A stretch of 51,552 nucleotides of DNA, the filler included, from Sphacelaria rigidula (taxonomy: Eukaryota), in the NCBI GenBank assembly GCA_964200075.2. It is 3 parts of 3 records of this genome, joined end to end, with 100 filler letters (N's around TTAATTAATTAA, not from the genome) between each part and the next. Parts side by side here need not be neighbours in the genome. Positions count along the whole stretch, not along the records: positions 34,438 to 51,552 come from CAXNAA020001164.1; 2 more parts are not named here. The stretch is one strand, 5' to 3'. Shown piece after piece: positions 36,330 through 49,747 of the stretch; position 1 is the stretch's first letter; each line of letters begins with the position of its first letter. Position numbers and translations under genes: made by a program. Under the pieces are notes generated by a model. The model saw nothing but the letters and a program-made list of their open reading frames with translations. It did no database searches and was not told the origin of the DNA.

Positions 36330-39300
36330 ACAGAAATCAGCCAGAACACACGGTGCCAAATGGCCCTACCCGTCCGGACTTTCTGTGCCCGGGTTGGTGG
36401 TGGAAGTTATTGGCGGCACCGTTTCCACCACGCCGTGTGCCATGGTGTTGATTTTTACCACCCGTCAACATCATCTCCCCTGGCTAGCCGCTATGAAAAG
36501 CCGAGAAACTGGGAAGTATAAACGTCTGGCTCTAGCAGGACTTTTTCCAGTTCCATGTGCCAGATGAGGGGACTGAGGGAAGGCGTTCCGTGCCTGACAA
36601 ACCAAGAGTAAAGCTATTTGAATTGCGATCGAAAGTCCAGTCGCATATGACACGTGCAGTACGCTTTTCTCACCACTGAGACGCTATTGTAGATTTTTTT
36701 TTTCAGCATATGTGAGTTAGTCGATATTTTTCAAGCTCTTGATATACCGTTGTGGGCTATTGCCCCAAATGTTGAAAAGCGTGATCGTCAACCCTGACCG
36801 CGCCAGGTGGTTTGTCTATTTACTGTCTGCACCTCGTGGGTAAGCGAGTCTGTAGCTTCAACAAATACTTCGACATGTCTGGGGTGGAATATTCTCAAAC
36901 AAGTTGCCGGTATTGTAAGAAGATGGGGAATGGCTGCCTGAATCATGGTGACACGGTGGAATGCTCACGTGTCGATTGTATGTAGGGCATTCGTTCCTGA
37001 GCCCCAGGCCTACTTCACCGTGGGAGATTTAGACGTGCACACTCTCGTGGCGTCGCCACGGACTGTGCTCGAGCAAGCGAATGCAACGTAATGCGTGCAC
37101 CGTGTCTGTGTGACATGTGCTGGTTATGTTGATCTCGCCCATGATTATAAAAATACAGCGGTGGGAATCTCCGAAATAAACTATGAGTATGCCGTCTTTC
37201 GCGCCTACAGTGTAGATGATGTAGGCCTGGGTGATCGTTGTTCATCGCTGAATACGCACGCCGCCTCATATGAATGCTTTCGGCTCTCACTGGATGGACG
37301 GGCACCACGCGCACTTTACTGTGTCGATACATGTTAGCACGCTGCGGGGGTAAGCAAACTTTGTACCCATGCTTTTGGAGGAAAGTATTGACCACGTTCC
37401 TGTCAGACTCATATTATGCTCTTGCCAAGATATATCGTCGATAAGATCGCAAGTCGACATGTCCGGTTGATCTCAAGACGAAAGTGTAATATTGCTCCAC
37501 TATATCATATGTATCTGCGACATATTCACCATCGCCGAAGCCGATGCTGTAAACAGTATCTCTCCTTGCGTAATGTACAGCCAAATGCGCCATCAAGCAG
37601 GTGGCGATACTGGTGTTCACTATATCCAACTATGTCATGTTGCTTGCACCGGTTGTTCGTGTCCATATGTAGCGCTTCTCCGCTTGAAGTGTAGACACAA
37701 TCGTATTTAGTCTCAGCTACGGTCTAACTGGTCGCCTACCCCAACCTGGCGTCATCTCTTGTGCACCGCCTGATGCATGAATCCTCTGCCTGGCAGGCTG
37801 GTTCTTCGCTGTAGCGGTATAGGACTATGGTGTACCGAATAGTGCTCACACAGCCCCTTGCGGCGGGGCCGGATGGCGAGTGGGAATATGATCTTCTCAT
37901 GGAGGGTAAGCCGGCTGCTGATGACCTTCCTCTGTCGGAGTCGCAACGGCGCATAATTGAAGCGGCCAATGGAGGCGGTCGCGGAGATACTGGATCCTCT
38001 GGCGAGAAAAAAACGGCAGCCGGGAATGTCGACGATGCGGAGATGACCGTCAGCGAGGACGAGTGTGTTTTGAAAGACAACGATATCGATAATGGTGTCG
38101 GTAACGACGGAAATGAAGGAGGCCATCATGTTGATATTGATCACGGTGCTGCGACAACAAGCTCCAAAGTATTCACGGGATTTGAAACCAAGTCACTCGG
38201 TATCGGAGAGGATAGCCTGGATTGTGCTGGTTCCGACACCGAGACTGACGTTGATCTTGAACTCGGGAAGAACTTTAACCACAACTCGGACGTGTCTGAC
38301 GTCACCAACAGCGATGGCGGCTTAAGTTCAGGCGATTCTAGCGCAGGCGCGAGGGACATTGGTCGTGTGTGTGGTCCAGAAGCCGTGAATCGAGCCGATG
38401 GCAGCAATGGCTGTAGTGACCTCTCCTTAAGCGCACAATGCGACCCAGAGGATCGTACAACTCTGGATGCTCCTGATAGGAGCATTTCCGAAGAAGAATC
38501 GAGTGTAGATATGGAAGAAAGTTCTTCAAGTGTAGATATGGAAGAAGTTGATGACGATGACTCTTCGTTCGGCGAGTCCAACGAGGAATATGGGGCCAGT
38601 AGCGAGGGAGGAGAGTCAGAAGATGGGAGTGACGGCTTCGTCCCAGATGTTGTACCCAGCATATGCTTCATGAAACACCAAAATCGGCCGCCGCACAAGG
38701 ACGGGCTGTGCAAAGAGTGCTACATAGACATGGTGGGTGTGCGAATTCGAGCGGCCGAACGAAGCACGTCGGTGTGTGAGATCTTTGAGCCACAGCTGAA
38801 TCATGTTGACTTCTCCCACTTTTTATGCCCTCCAACATTTAATCTATCACGCCTGAGAACTTGCCGCAGGGGGTCCTTTATTTGTGAATCACGGGATTTG
38901 TACAGACCAGGTAGTACCCTCTTGCACCCTGCTACCTCCATATAATGTGTTTCACTTGTGTCTCGTGTGTGTGCTCAACTTCCACGCGGGTAGCAGCTGG
39001 GCACCTTACGGGTAGGCCATACATATTTTCATTATATGATTTTAAGGCGCCCAGTGGCCGCCCGCACACCAACGGCGACCTTCACAATACAGTTCGTTGT
39101 TGCCCAGGCGGTCAATGTAAACCTCCCGTATGAAAAGAGCAAGCTTCAACCCCTTTGGCTCATAAGAGATACTTGCGTACCGCAAAATGCACGTCACTGT
39201 GTTTTCCTTCCTAGGTGGATCGAGAGACACGCGCTGGTCTTCGATCTGCCAATGGTGCGCCGCCGGAGGCTGGTCGAAGGAAGAGGCCGAAAAGAAGTGC

Positions 39301-42300
39301 CAATGATGCGGGTAAATCTAAACACGGGAAAGTACGTGCAGAAGAGACTCGTTACGGTCACCCAGGCGCAAGAACCCGGAACAAAAGCAGGAAGAAAAGG
39401 TTGAAGCGGCGAAACGATGCGGACACGGGGAAGCGCAGCGCTCGAGATCGACGGTGTCGGCAAGACTTGTCCATCACCAGGTCAGACCGAACAGGATTCA
39501 GGGGGCGCAGACAACGCCGCAACAGAGTGGTCACGAGCGACACGGACAACGAAGACGATGGTTCCACCGTGGATACCATCGAGGCGAAAAACAATGATGG
39601 CGCGGGCCTCGGTGTGCTCAAGCGACCAAAAATTGGTAAATGCATCGACATAACCTCTAGCTCGTGTGAGGACTCCGCTAACAATCCCAGAAATTCTCCA
39701 CCATCACGAGTTTTAAAGGTACGGCGGCCACCCCGCGCAGACAGTGATGCTGCCCTAGACACTGATGCTGGCATAAAGGCTCCAAGCAAGTTAGTGGCAG
39801 CTGGAGAATCAAATGGAGGTGGAAGGGAAAGAAGAAGGACTGGCGAATTGGCGAAAGTGAACGCGGCAAACATGGTCGGTGACGTGCTGTCTATGCCGGT
39901 ATCCAAAACGTGGGCGGATGCGTCACCACCACAGGTGGAAGAGTCTGATTCGGTCAGGAGACACTCATGCTCGAGATCGGATACCACAGGCATCGCCGCG
40001 GATGGAGAGCCTGCTCCAAGCAGCCCACGATCTCCCCGGACAGAGATACAATCGTGGGATGCAAATCGACCGTGGGAAGCAGCCGCGGAGGTTGGGAGTG
40101 ACAACCCTGGCGAGGCAACCGGAGTTGGGGACAGTGCGGTGACGCCTGCTCGAGCGAAGGCTGTGTCGACAACGAGGCACCCCGACACGAATGTCGCAGC
40201 GGGAGGGGATGCTGAGAGTGTGGAGAAACGGGGGATGGGGTCGAGCAGCCATGATGACCACAGGATAGGAAAAAAAGCCAGAAACGGTGCTGTCAGCTGT
40301 TCTGCCGAAAAATCTAAGTACGTTCAGGCTCAGCAGTTGGTGGGATTTGGTTGAGGAGGGAGAACCATGATCGATTCCGCTCAGCACCTGTACGACTGTG
40401 TTGTGACCTTCGCTCGCTACCTGGTCACCCAAGCGTGTGTTATTTTCTTGATTGTGCACTCCTTTAATCGGATTACTTGCTATGTTTGTATTTCCCCCTT
40501 TCCGCCGTCTCGCTCCCCAGATGCTCGCGCCCCGGCATGATGACTAGATTATGCTGGTGGGAAATTCATCAGTGTGCGTTACTTGCTCTCTTGCCTCTTT
40601 CATCTCTCGCTCGTGCCCTTGCTTTCGAAATACCCATCCAACAGCGTCGCAGAGTACGTCGAGTTGCCGCGGGAAGTGGGCTTGCAAACATCTTGGAGGT
40701 GAGTTTTTGCAAGAAAACGTGCGACGTATGCACATGGGCGGAACAGTGGTGCATTGTTTTCGCTGCGAAAGGGTGACACGTTGGACGCTGTTTTGGTCAG
40801 CTGCTCTGTTAATTGCTGTGATGCTCGTGGCTCATTACAGATTCGGGTACGCTCTTCCTCCTACGTTCGTTTCCCATCGCTGGCTGTGTGTCATCCAACG
40901 TCCATCGTGGGTATCAGGTTATCGACCAATCTTGGAAACGCTAATGCCCCTTCTCATGTGGAGACGATGGGGCTCACCCCGCTCACGGCTGAGCCGGGTT
41001 CGCGCATAGCCAAACGGATAGAATCTGGATACGTGGCATCTTTCCCGCCGAATGCATTTACGCCAACTGCACGAAAAAGCATAACTCGTCCGTCATCTGG
41101 CGCAAAAGCTGCGAAGAAGCAACGGAGACCGAAAAATAGTTCAGCTTCAGCAGCGGCTTCTGGCGAGCTGTCTTCAAGGACAGCGGCGGCCACGAAGCGT
41201 GGGCAGCAAATTACATCAGCTCCGGCGGAGGCTTCTCGCACACCTCGTCCCAGTCTACCGCCGGGAAAACACGGAGATGTGTCAGCTACTCCTATCGACA
41301 ATTCAGTAAATGGACCAAGAAAAATTGATCTCCCCATGCGGAAGGGGAATTTGGAGTCCACACCTTCGTATTCACCACGTGTCGACACTAAAATTTGGTG
41401 GCCAAATAAGCTATTTACCTCTGACCAACCTCCGGATGGACGTTATCTCCCTTCTCTACCTTCCGCGGTCCCCCTCCGGTCAGCCCTCAAGGGCGGGAGG
41501 CAAGCGGCCCTCGCGCAACCACCTACTACGGAAAATCGGCCCTTGGCCGCCTGTACAGACACAACACCAGCCCATGGGCGTGTGTACAACCTACACCATA
41601 TCTTGGGTGATAATTATGGAGACACTGCCGAAGCCACGGCGCCCCGAGTGGAAACCACAACGAGTAGTATGTTATGCCCCGTAGGATCGGACGATCCTTC
41701 ACGAGAGAATAGTGTACCAGCTGTGTCAGGCTCGCCTCTTGGTCGTGCTGCAATGTCAACATCAGAAAGCGGAGAAACGTGTGTGCCTTCGTGCGGTCCT
41801 GCTGTGATGGCGAGCGGAAAGGTGTCCGTTACTGGGGCAGCTTCTGGCGACCACTGCACACATGCCGATGGAGATGGTGCAACAAGCAATGGCGATGCTG
41901 TCGCGCAGAACGATGAAGTGTCGAGCGAGAAACGTCGAGCGTCAGGAACGGCAGAGAAACCAGGTGACAGCTCTCCGGATCGTAGCTCACGAAAGGCCTA
42001 TAGTGGGCTCGGTGGCGTGAGCGTTACATCTACCAAAACGTTTCCACAAAGAGACATCGTACCTTTGCGTGACCACCTTGCTCAAATGCGAAACCGTGCG
42101 GCGGCTCAAAATGCTAGCGGTGCCGAGGCTAGCGGGCAGCAAGCCATGTCACGGTGGATGCATGCGAAGAATGATGATAGCTTGAGTCCAGGAGATGCGG
42201 GAAATGGTGACTATGCTGGAAATCAAGCTAACGCATCTTCATCTGCTTCGAGGCTAAGTGTTCCCATTTCGCTTGATGAACACGTTCAAGTTGCATCCAC

Positions 42301-44071
42301 TGGGCCAGTGGCAAGTCAAGATGCGTCCGATGCCGCGAGCAGCTCAGGGAGCGATTCTTCGATTGATGAAGATCTCGAGGACCTGGAAGAGTATGAAAAG
42401 TTGGGAGAAAAGCTTGTCGAACTCAAGCGAGACGTGGGGGCGTCATCTCTGCTGCCGCCGACGGCTGATTCTGCTGCCCAGAGCCCTGATGAGCATCTTG
42501 AACTCTCGAGTCCCGCGGTAGGCTCTGACTCGGTGCCCTCTACCGATTCTTTGCTTCGTCACGCAAACGCTGTAGCTGTACCATCCCGCACAGTTGAAGA
42601 CTCGAACCAAGGAAGCCAACCAGCTCCAGGCGCCGCCGATGATCATTCTTCCCAGCGGAGATGGTATGATGAGACATACGAAGCTTGCCCGAAAACCTGC
42701 GCCAACAATGATGACCGAGAGAAGGGAGGGTCTGTAGCTTCACCAAGCTTACCACATGTTGCTCCCCCGGAAGCTCGAACATCGGGGGCTGACGCAGTTG
42801 CGATGGTCGCGGAAGACCCGGTTGCGCCTTGGGTCCCGCTGGCTTCCCCCGTGGGAGAGGAAACTGAGGATGTGGTCACGGAAGAAACCCCGGAGGTCAT
42901 GGGCCCATCTCCTCCTGTGCCCACGGTTCGTTCCACACTTCTGCCCCGAGTGTCCTGTACAGATCAAAACCGGATGGCTGAGGAAGATGGTGCAGAGGTC
43001 GAGAGGCGTGGCGAACCTCCGCCAGTGCCGCGCGTGCCGTGGAAGCCACCGGCAAAACTGTCCCGAGCTAATAGCGTGGGAGACACTGCCTCGGCTCAGT
43101 CAGCTGTGTCACCACCACCAGGCGATGCTTCGTCTGCCCCTTCAGTGGGGGCGCAGCAACCCTCCCAAGTGAAGTGGGTTACCCCCAGAGCACTCGAAAA
43201 TTCCGCGCAGTCTTCGGTCGCTGCGCTCACTGATGTTCGATGGTCAGACGACTTGCAGGCTCCCGACCACGGAGCTGTAACAATTTCGCCAAGTTCTGGC
43301 CACAGTGAAGAGACACAAAACGAAGGCTCTCAACCAGCTCGGGGTCAAGAGGAGGCACAGTCAGAGAAGAACAGCAACCCGAGTACCGCTACCACGATCC
43401 TTCCAGTGGCGGTAAGTACAGAACAGCAGAAACAATCAGACCATGACGACACTGGAGGAGCAACCAGTCATTCGCGTCCCGTCAAGCATCAGCGGGGGAA
43501 CAAGCGGTTGAACCGTGGCAAACTGGGCGGCGTCGGGAAGGTAGGTGTTCACACCACCGCAGGCGCTTCCAACGCACCCACGCGGGAAGAGAACACGGAA
43601 GTGCGATCGGCTAATAGTAGCGACGATACCAGAAGAAGCGAGTCTAGTCATGGCTCTCACAGAGGCGACCGGGATCACGGCCGGCAATCATCGAGAAGGT
43701 GTCATGAACATCGCCGTCGTTCGCCTGACAGGTCAACGGGTCGACGTTCTCCAGACCGTGATGACGGATACTGGAGAAGAAGCGCCAGCCGTAGTCCCGG
43801 ACGCAGCAGTCGTCGAGGGTCTCGTGGGAGAGATGAAGACACCTACTACAGGCGGCGAGAGAGGAGCTACGCAAATTTTGCTGAACGCGATCGTGATGGA
43901 TACCGTCGGCGCCACGACAGCTGCGATAGGTCCCGCCGTGACAGTCGCGATGAGGATGAAGACATCCGCCGAGATTTGTGGGTTACGAGGACGCGAAGTG
44001 AACGATCCCCTTCACGGCGTGGGTATTCGGAAGGCAGGTCCAGAAGACACAGACGTTCCAGATCGCGATGA
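36330..44071 (+). CDS. Large multi-exon gene (possibly partly pseudogenised) for a low-complexity protein with an acidic region and RS/RD-rich C-terminus
   Basis: Long ORFs 37827-38945, 39215-40354 and 40754-44071 (1105 aa). Splice-flanked small exons at ~36807-36839, ~37009-37349 and ~40624-40698. In-frame stops in upstream exons. Start and exact exon structure uncertain. Confidence 0.65.
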
Positions 44072-45189
44072 GCCAATGAGATATGTCGTGGCTGTTGTTC
44101 GTCTGGTACATGGACGTATTGTTCTTTTTCTGCGCGCCTGGGCTGTTTTTATCCATGTTCGCGAGGGAACACCACAGTAAAAGTGAAGGATACAAGTTGC
44201 GCTCAGGAGGTCGAGTGTACTCTCGCCAATGCGAGACAGGATCCTCACGGCGGAATATGTCACACTTAAAGGAGTTGGAGTTCGCCTCAAAATCGATTCG
44301 CCACGACTTCCACTTCACTGCTGACATACAACACCCTCATCCGGAGTAATGTCGTTCTTGCATGCTTTCACGAAGCGAAAGATGAACCAGACCTTCCTAA
44401 CGCACTGTACTGGTACGCTTTGAGCAGCAATAAGCATATGCGGTAGGCCTGGTTCCCACACCCAGCGACTGTCACCTCTGATGTTCCTGAGCCGACGTTC
44501 TTTTGTTGGCGAATTTTATTGTGCCTATGAAGCTGTTCGTAGATGCGATGCGACCTCTTTGAGTGTTCCTGTCAGTTATTTCTCCTAATGGACGTGGCAG
44601 GTGACATCTGTGCAATATACCTTTTCGGCGGGGCCCGCTGTAGAACTGAAGTTGCTTTTTCGGTAGCTAGTTACGCCTGTAAGTAAGGGGTTGATCACAC
44701 CTACGTTTGAACGTTCCGTGCTTTGTATAATGTTTCATGTGGAGCTCAAGTTTTGTTTGGCGTTGTGGCGGGGGGTAGATGGTCATGACCGGTCAGTCGA
44801 GGTGGTGTCGTTTTTTGTGAACAGTCATAACATGGTTTGCTTATGATCCCGAAGCTTTTGTGCGGCGGCAGAGTTGATGGTTTCACGGTGGAGGGGGGAG
44901 CGGAGGTCATGACCCGACCCGGGTACTCACGGGGTATGTTATATCGCGTTCCACGTTCCACGCTCGCCATGCCTTTTTTCTGAGTGAAAACGTTGTAAGG
45001 CAGCGTAAAAACGTGCGTTGAGTACTAACATCATCCGCATACAAAGTATCTCCTGGTTGCCGCTACACGCCAGTGCCCCTTTCGCCAAAGAAGTTGTCGT
45101 CCCATCTAGTCTGGGCGCCGGTCTACACCTTTGGGTATATGCGGGCGCACCAGCCGGGGTCACACGGGAGGAAGTCCAACACAGGAGTT

Positions 45190-45440
45190 TTTTTTCTGAT
45201 TCGTGTGGTTGTAATTCTTAGTTCTCCACCCTCCTTCTGCGGTGTTGGCCTTTCTTTTTCTAACGCGAGGGGGGTTCAGCAGTCCCTTTCCCTCGTCAAC
45301 CATTAAGTCGAATTTTGTGTACCCACGATGTAGTCGCGTTTCACTGTTGGGCATGGTGTGGGGAAATGTACCAGGTCGCTCCGAGATCTGAACCTACGAC
45401 CCAACTGTCGAGGTTACCTACTAAGCCACCGTGCCGGCGA
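45190..45440 (-). mobile_element. tRNA-derived SINE
   Basis: Reverse complement of the 49342-49605 copy; A-rich tail at ~45190. Confidence 0.8.
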
Positions 45441-45796
45441 TTTGTTCTAGATGTGGTGTGCTGGGGGCAGTGAGTAAAAGGATATTGCTCCATTTCCATC
45501 GTCTACTTGGCATTCGATGGCGACGACTCGCTTCAACCACCCAGGCGTTCGGAAAGTCCCGGAGACCATGGTTTGTGTTTGTGTCTAGGTGTACATGTAT
45601 CTGTTGTCTGTGTCGTCTATGTCTTCGTGCTGGTGTGTTGGTATCCCTTTTGTGATCATTGAAGTGCAGGTCATCCAGGCGAGGCTATGTCAACGAGTCA
45701 GAGGCACACCCAGCCGACGGAGAAGTCCCTGAGACGATGAGTCGGTAAGCGCCAGGCTTTGTAAGTAACAGATCATTTCCAGAAGGGGGGTTCATA

Positions 45797-48000
45797 CTAA
45801 TGTGTAAGGATTGAGCTGAGAAGGGAAAATGGTGGAGAAATTACAGCGAGAGATCGCAATTGTTTTTCGTAGTTTTCATCGACTATAAAAGGCAGGTGTG
45901 CGGCGGTAAAAGCCACAAAAAGTCGAACAATACTAATTTCGAACAGCAGTGATTTGCTCCAGGGGATGTTTCCTGAAAAAGCTTCTTGGCACCGCATGAC
46001 TAGCTGAGGGTGGATATGCATGCGTGGACGTCTCGCGACTAGCATTCAGTACTCTGCATCATTGCCATAGCCAGGATGATGTCTCCTGTTTTGGCGCACC
46101 TCGCGTGTCACACTTCTGTTTTTTGTCATACCGTAGATGAAGTCTACTGGATGTTGTTTGTCATTTTGAAATTTAAGCCGCAGGTGCTTGCTGTACGGAC
46201 AAATACTGCAGGAAGTGAAACATAACCGCATGGACGAACAAGGCGCACCTGACTTGAGATGCAGTCAGTGCAGTGTGTGCGTGACTTATTCATCTCTCAG
46301 AGCAAGCCGCGCGCTCCACTGCTGCTGTTTTAATTTCACGCACTGAATTTGGTTTCTGCTCCGGGTACGAAAATGGACCAGCCGTTTTTTTGCGACTCGA
46401 TTTTCGCGACTTGTTTCTTCACCTGAGGCCCGTAGGGCTAAAAAGGTTTATACTGATCCTAAATTCAAAAAGTGTCCTGTCCGTAAGGATATCACCACGA
46501 AGCTTCGAACCACGCTTTTCTTCTTCCCGAATTGATTCGAAGCCGCGCTGCGCAAAAAAGCCGTCACATGCCGCTTATAATATCAGAGACGCCCTCAACA
46601 AGTTTCAGCTTACGAGTATACTTCAGGACGCCCGTTCTAGCAGCATGCTCACATGCTCCCCGCGGCAGTCAGTTGAACGTGAAGGGGAAGCGGGCACAGT
46701 ACACTACAGACAGCGCTGGACTATATGTATGTTTTCTGCTTACGGTGCGACGTGAAAACGACTTGAGCAGTGCGCGCAGCTTTGTCTCATGGATGCCCAT
46801 GGCGTTGTGTTTCGCTCCTGTCTCTGGGCGCACTCGAGAACACCCCCAATCCGACCCTTGTCGAGCAGAGCGAGTCTTGACTAAACTTCTCAGACTTAAC
46901 TGTCGCAACTTCAGTCGAGACACTTTTGGAGGTTGGAGGCACACGCAGCAACCGGCTCCTCAATCACTTTCTTCACTTTGCTGTCGCTGTACTTGAAGGG
47001 CGATAAATGGCACCGCACTCGTGAACTGTTATCGTATTACCGACTGGATCGTCATGTATCATCACGCGGCATTGCCGTGTACTGTGATTGTGGAGTGTAC
47101 TGCACAGCTAGACCCCAGGGTACCACGGCACGACGCTGCTCTTGAAAAATGGTTCACTGCCTGCCTGTTCTTCGGCTTCATTGTGACATCACACCCCTGC
47201 AGAAAATGATCCTCGTACAGAAACATTTCAACATATTTGTGAAACCTGGACACATCCAGGCGTACACACGAATCTGAGTCCCTCCGATTTGGCACAGATT
47301 GGGGTCCCGCCAGATTCGGGATTGGCTGCCACACGAGTTGGTCTAACGTCTCCCATTCGGAAATCGTGGGCTCCCGAATAAAACAAAACACGCAGGATCG
47401 GTCAAAATAGAAGGGGTGGGTGGATTCTGATTCCCCCCTACATGGATGAAAATGTGAGGAAGGCGTATCGCTAGAGTAGCCAGAGACCTACGGGGGAGAC
47501 TGCCGTCCTGATGCCGAAGGAATTCCGAGGCTGGCGATCATTTCCTCTTGTATATGTAGGCAAGAAGTTGGGTCAGACGAGAAGTGGTCGCCAGGAGCGA
47601 CCAGTACCTCGGGGGATGTTGGATCGTCCTAATATCAGGCTCTTCCTGGCATCACCTCGAGTTATCTAGTTCCGTCGGCATTATAGGGTTCTCGGTAATC
47701 TGGTCCTTCCGGACCGTGCCTACCTTGTCCCTCCTTGCGCTGGTTCTTCATACATGTGTGGCATCAGTCTCTGATATGTCACTGCAAAGAGGCATCTTCC
47801 ACATTCCCCCCCCCCCTTCATGCGCCTCAAGCCCATCGGGACTACGGCTGGTGGGACGAGGCGATCATCAGCTTCGCTGATGATATAATCGTGGAAGTGT
47901 CCTTGAGTGACAGTCATTGATTGAGTCACGCCACCACTGGTCGCAAAAGCAGCCCTTCTCTTTACTGTGGTGTTGAGTAAATACCCCCAGTAAATTTTGG
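45797..48000 (-). pseudogene. Degenerate minus-strand gene of unknown function
   Basis: Abutting in-frame ORFs 46046-46231 and 45797-46045 separated by a single stop. Exon-like pieces at 46669-46944, ~47197-47391 and 47720-47929. Confidence 0.35.
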
Positions 48001-48100
48001 CTACCTGTGGTCAGCAACAGTGCATGTATTCCAAACCCTCTAGTTTTAGGTTTCTCTGTTCTCTAGCTGTGTCATAAATGACATGTTGCCATCCGATGTA

Positions 48101-48745
48101 TTTGCACTTGGGTGCCGATTGCATCTGCTGGTCTGCATGACTGGGCACTGAGACACTGATCGGTCCACTGGCGCCTGGGTTATTCCTGCCCGGGTTCTGG
48201 GATGCCTTCGGCTCCGCGGACACCGGAGTAGGACTAAGTTATCGGGTTAGTAATTAGGCGGTGTTGAAGATACATAAATATATATATATATATATATATA
48301 TATTTAAGCTGTGAGCATTGTGCTCTTTTGGCTAAACACCGTCAGAATGACTCCTACTTCTTGTATTGTGTCGAATGACTGCATAATGTGTTACACATGT
48401 TTTATGGGATGCTTTTGCACTTCGGTGCAGGCTGCATCAGTTAGGTAGGCATGACTAGGCACTAGGACACCAACCGGTCCACGGGCGCTTAAGGTATTCC
48501 TGCCCGAGTTCTGGGATGCCTTCGGTTCCACTGACACTTGAGTAGGACAAAATCTTGGCGTTAGTCCGAAAGCGGTGGGTCTGATCTTATCTTGCGAGCA
48601 TTGCGCTTTTCGGTGAAACATCGACATGTTCTTTGCTTCATATAATTTTCTGTCATGTAACTGTCATACGTAACCTAATTCCGCGAGATGCCTTTGCACT
48701 TTGGTGCTGGATGCATCTGCTGTTTCTACATGCCTGGGCGCTGGA
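48101..48745. repeat. Diverged ~300-bp tandem repeat (2 units plus a partial third)
   Basis: TTTGCACTT.GGTGC...GCATC at ~48101, ~48414 and ~48693; shared TATTCCTGCCCG.GTTCTGGGATGCCTTCGG; (AT)n tract at 48279-48303. Confidence 0.75.
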
Positions 48746-48761
48746 ACATTGACAACAACGC

Positions 48762-49713
48762 TTTCGTGAAACTGAGAGTTGAAGGTCCAATTGAGAGTGG
48801 CATCTTTATCCGACTGGCGTGACATTTACCTTCTAAATTGTTGCACGACACGTTGGTTTCTAGCATAATAAGAGGTCCATTGATCCTTAAGGCAGTGGAC
48901 GTGATGAAATGTTCGTACACAATGGTTGACAGGGATGACTACTCAGTCTTAAAGTTGATACAATTTAAAACACTAACCCTCACCCTAAAATTTGAGACAA
49001 AATAGCTTTGGGGTAGATGAACAGCGGACCCAGCTCGTCCAGAACGTGTTTCAGTCGAAATCTGAGCCTGCCGCGACGATTCGAAGTCTGCAAACGCATA
49101 CTTTGCCCAGGGGGAACTATACACGCTCCTCGCCCGAGGGTCTCGTGCGCCTTGGGTCGGGGTTAGAGTTAGTGTTAGTCTATAACATTCAATGATGTTC
49201 CCCATCAAACACTATCTACAGCATTTCTTCAGGTCTTTCTTTCGATAGACCGCGAGGGTAGGTCACCTGCTGAATCGGCATCAATTTTAACTTGAGAAAA
49301 AGTATGCATGATTCAGATGGACTAACCGCACCGCGGCGGTCGCCTCAGTGGCTGAGTTGGTAACCTCGGGATCTTCTGACGGTTGGGTCGTGGGTTCAAA
49401 TCTCGGAGCGATCTGGGATTATTTCTCACACCACGGCCAACAGTCGATAGCGACTTTGTCGTGGGTACACAGAATTCGACTTGATGGTCGACGAGGGAAA
49501 AGGACTGCTGATCCTCGCTCGCGATAAAAAAAAGGCGAGCACCGCAGAAGGAAGATGGAGTACCGAAAGCAAATGAGACGACAACACACACACCCGAATC
49601 ACGAGCTAAGGGTTAACCCTTACACTGCGAGGGTAGTCCATCTGAATCACGCATACTATTTTCAAGTGAAGTTGATGACGATTCAACCGATGACCTACTC
49701 TCGTGGTCTCAAG
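48762..49713. mobile_element. Second copy of the composite repeat, plus an inverted piggyBac-like MITE
   Basis: Matches 17343-17998. MITE at ~49248-49612 with a SINE inside its right TIR; shared TTAA at 49613-16; second MITE at 49617-49713. Confidence 0.75.
49342..49605 (+). mobile_element. tRNA-derived SINE, near full length
   Basis: A box TGGCTGAGTTGG and B box GGTTCAAATCTC; body shared with the 45190 copy. Confidence 0.8.
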
Positions 49714-49747
49714 GATCAAATTCCGGCTCGAAACTTCCCTTGGTGTG

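Noticed and set aside
38141-40188. Long minus-strand ORFs (190 and 276 aa)
   Set aside because: They are antisense shadows of the plus-strand low-complexity exons.
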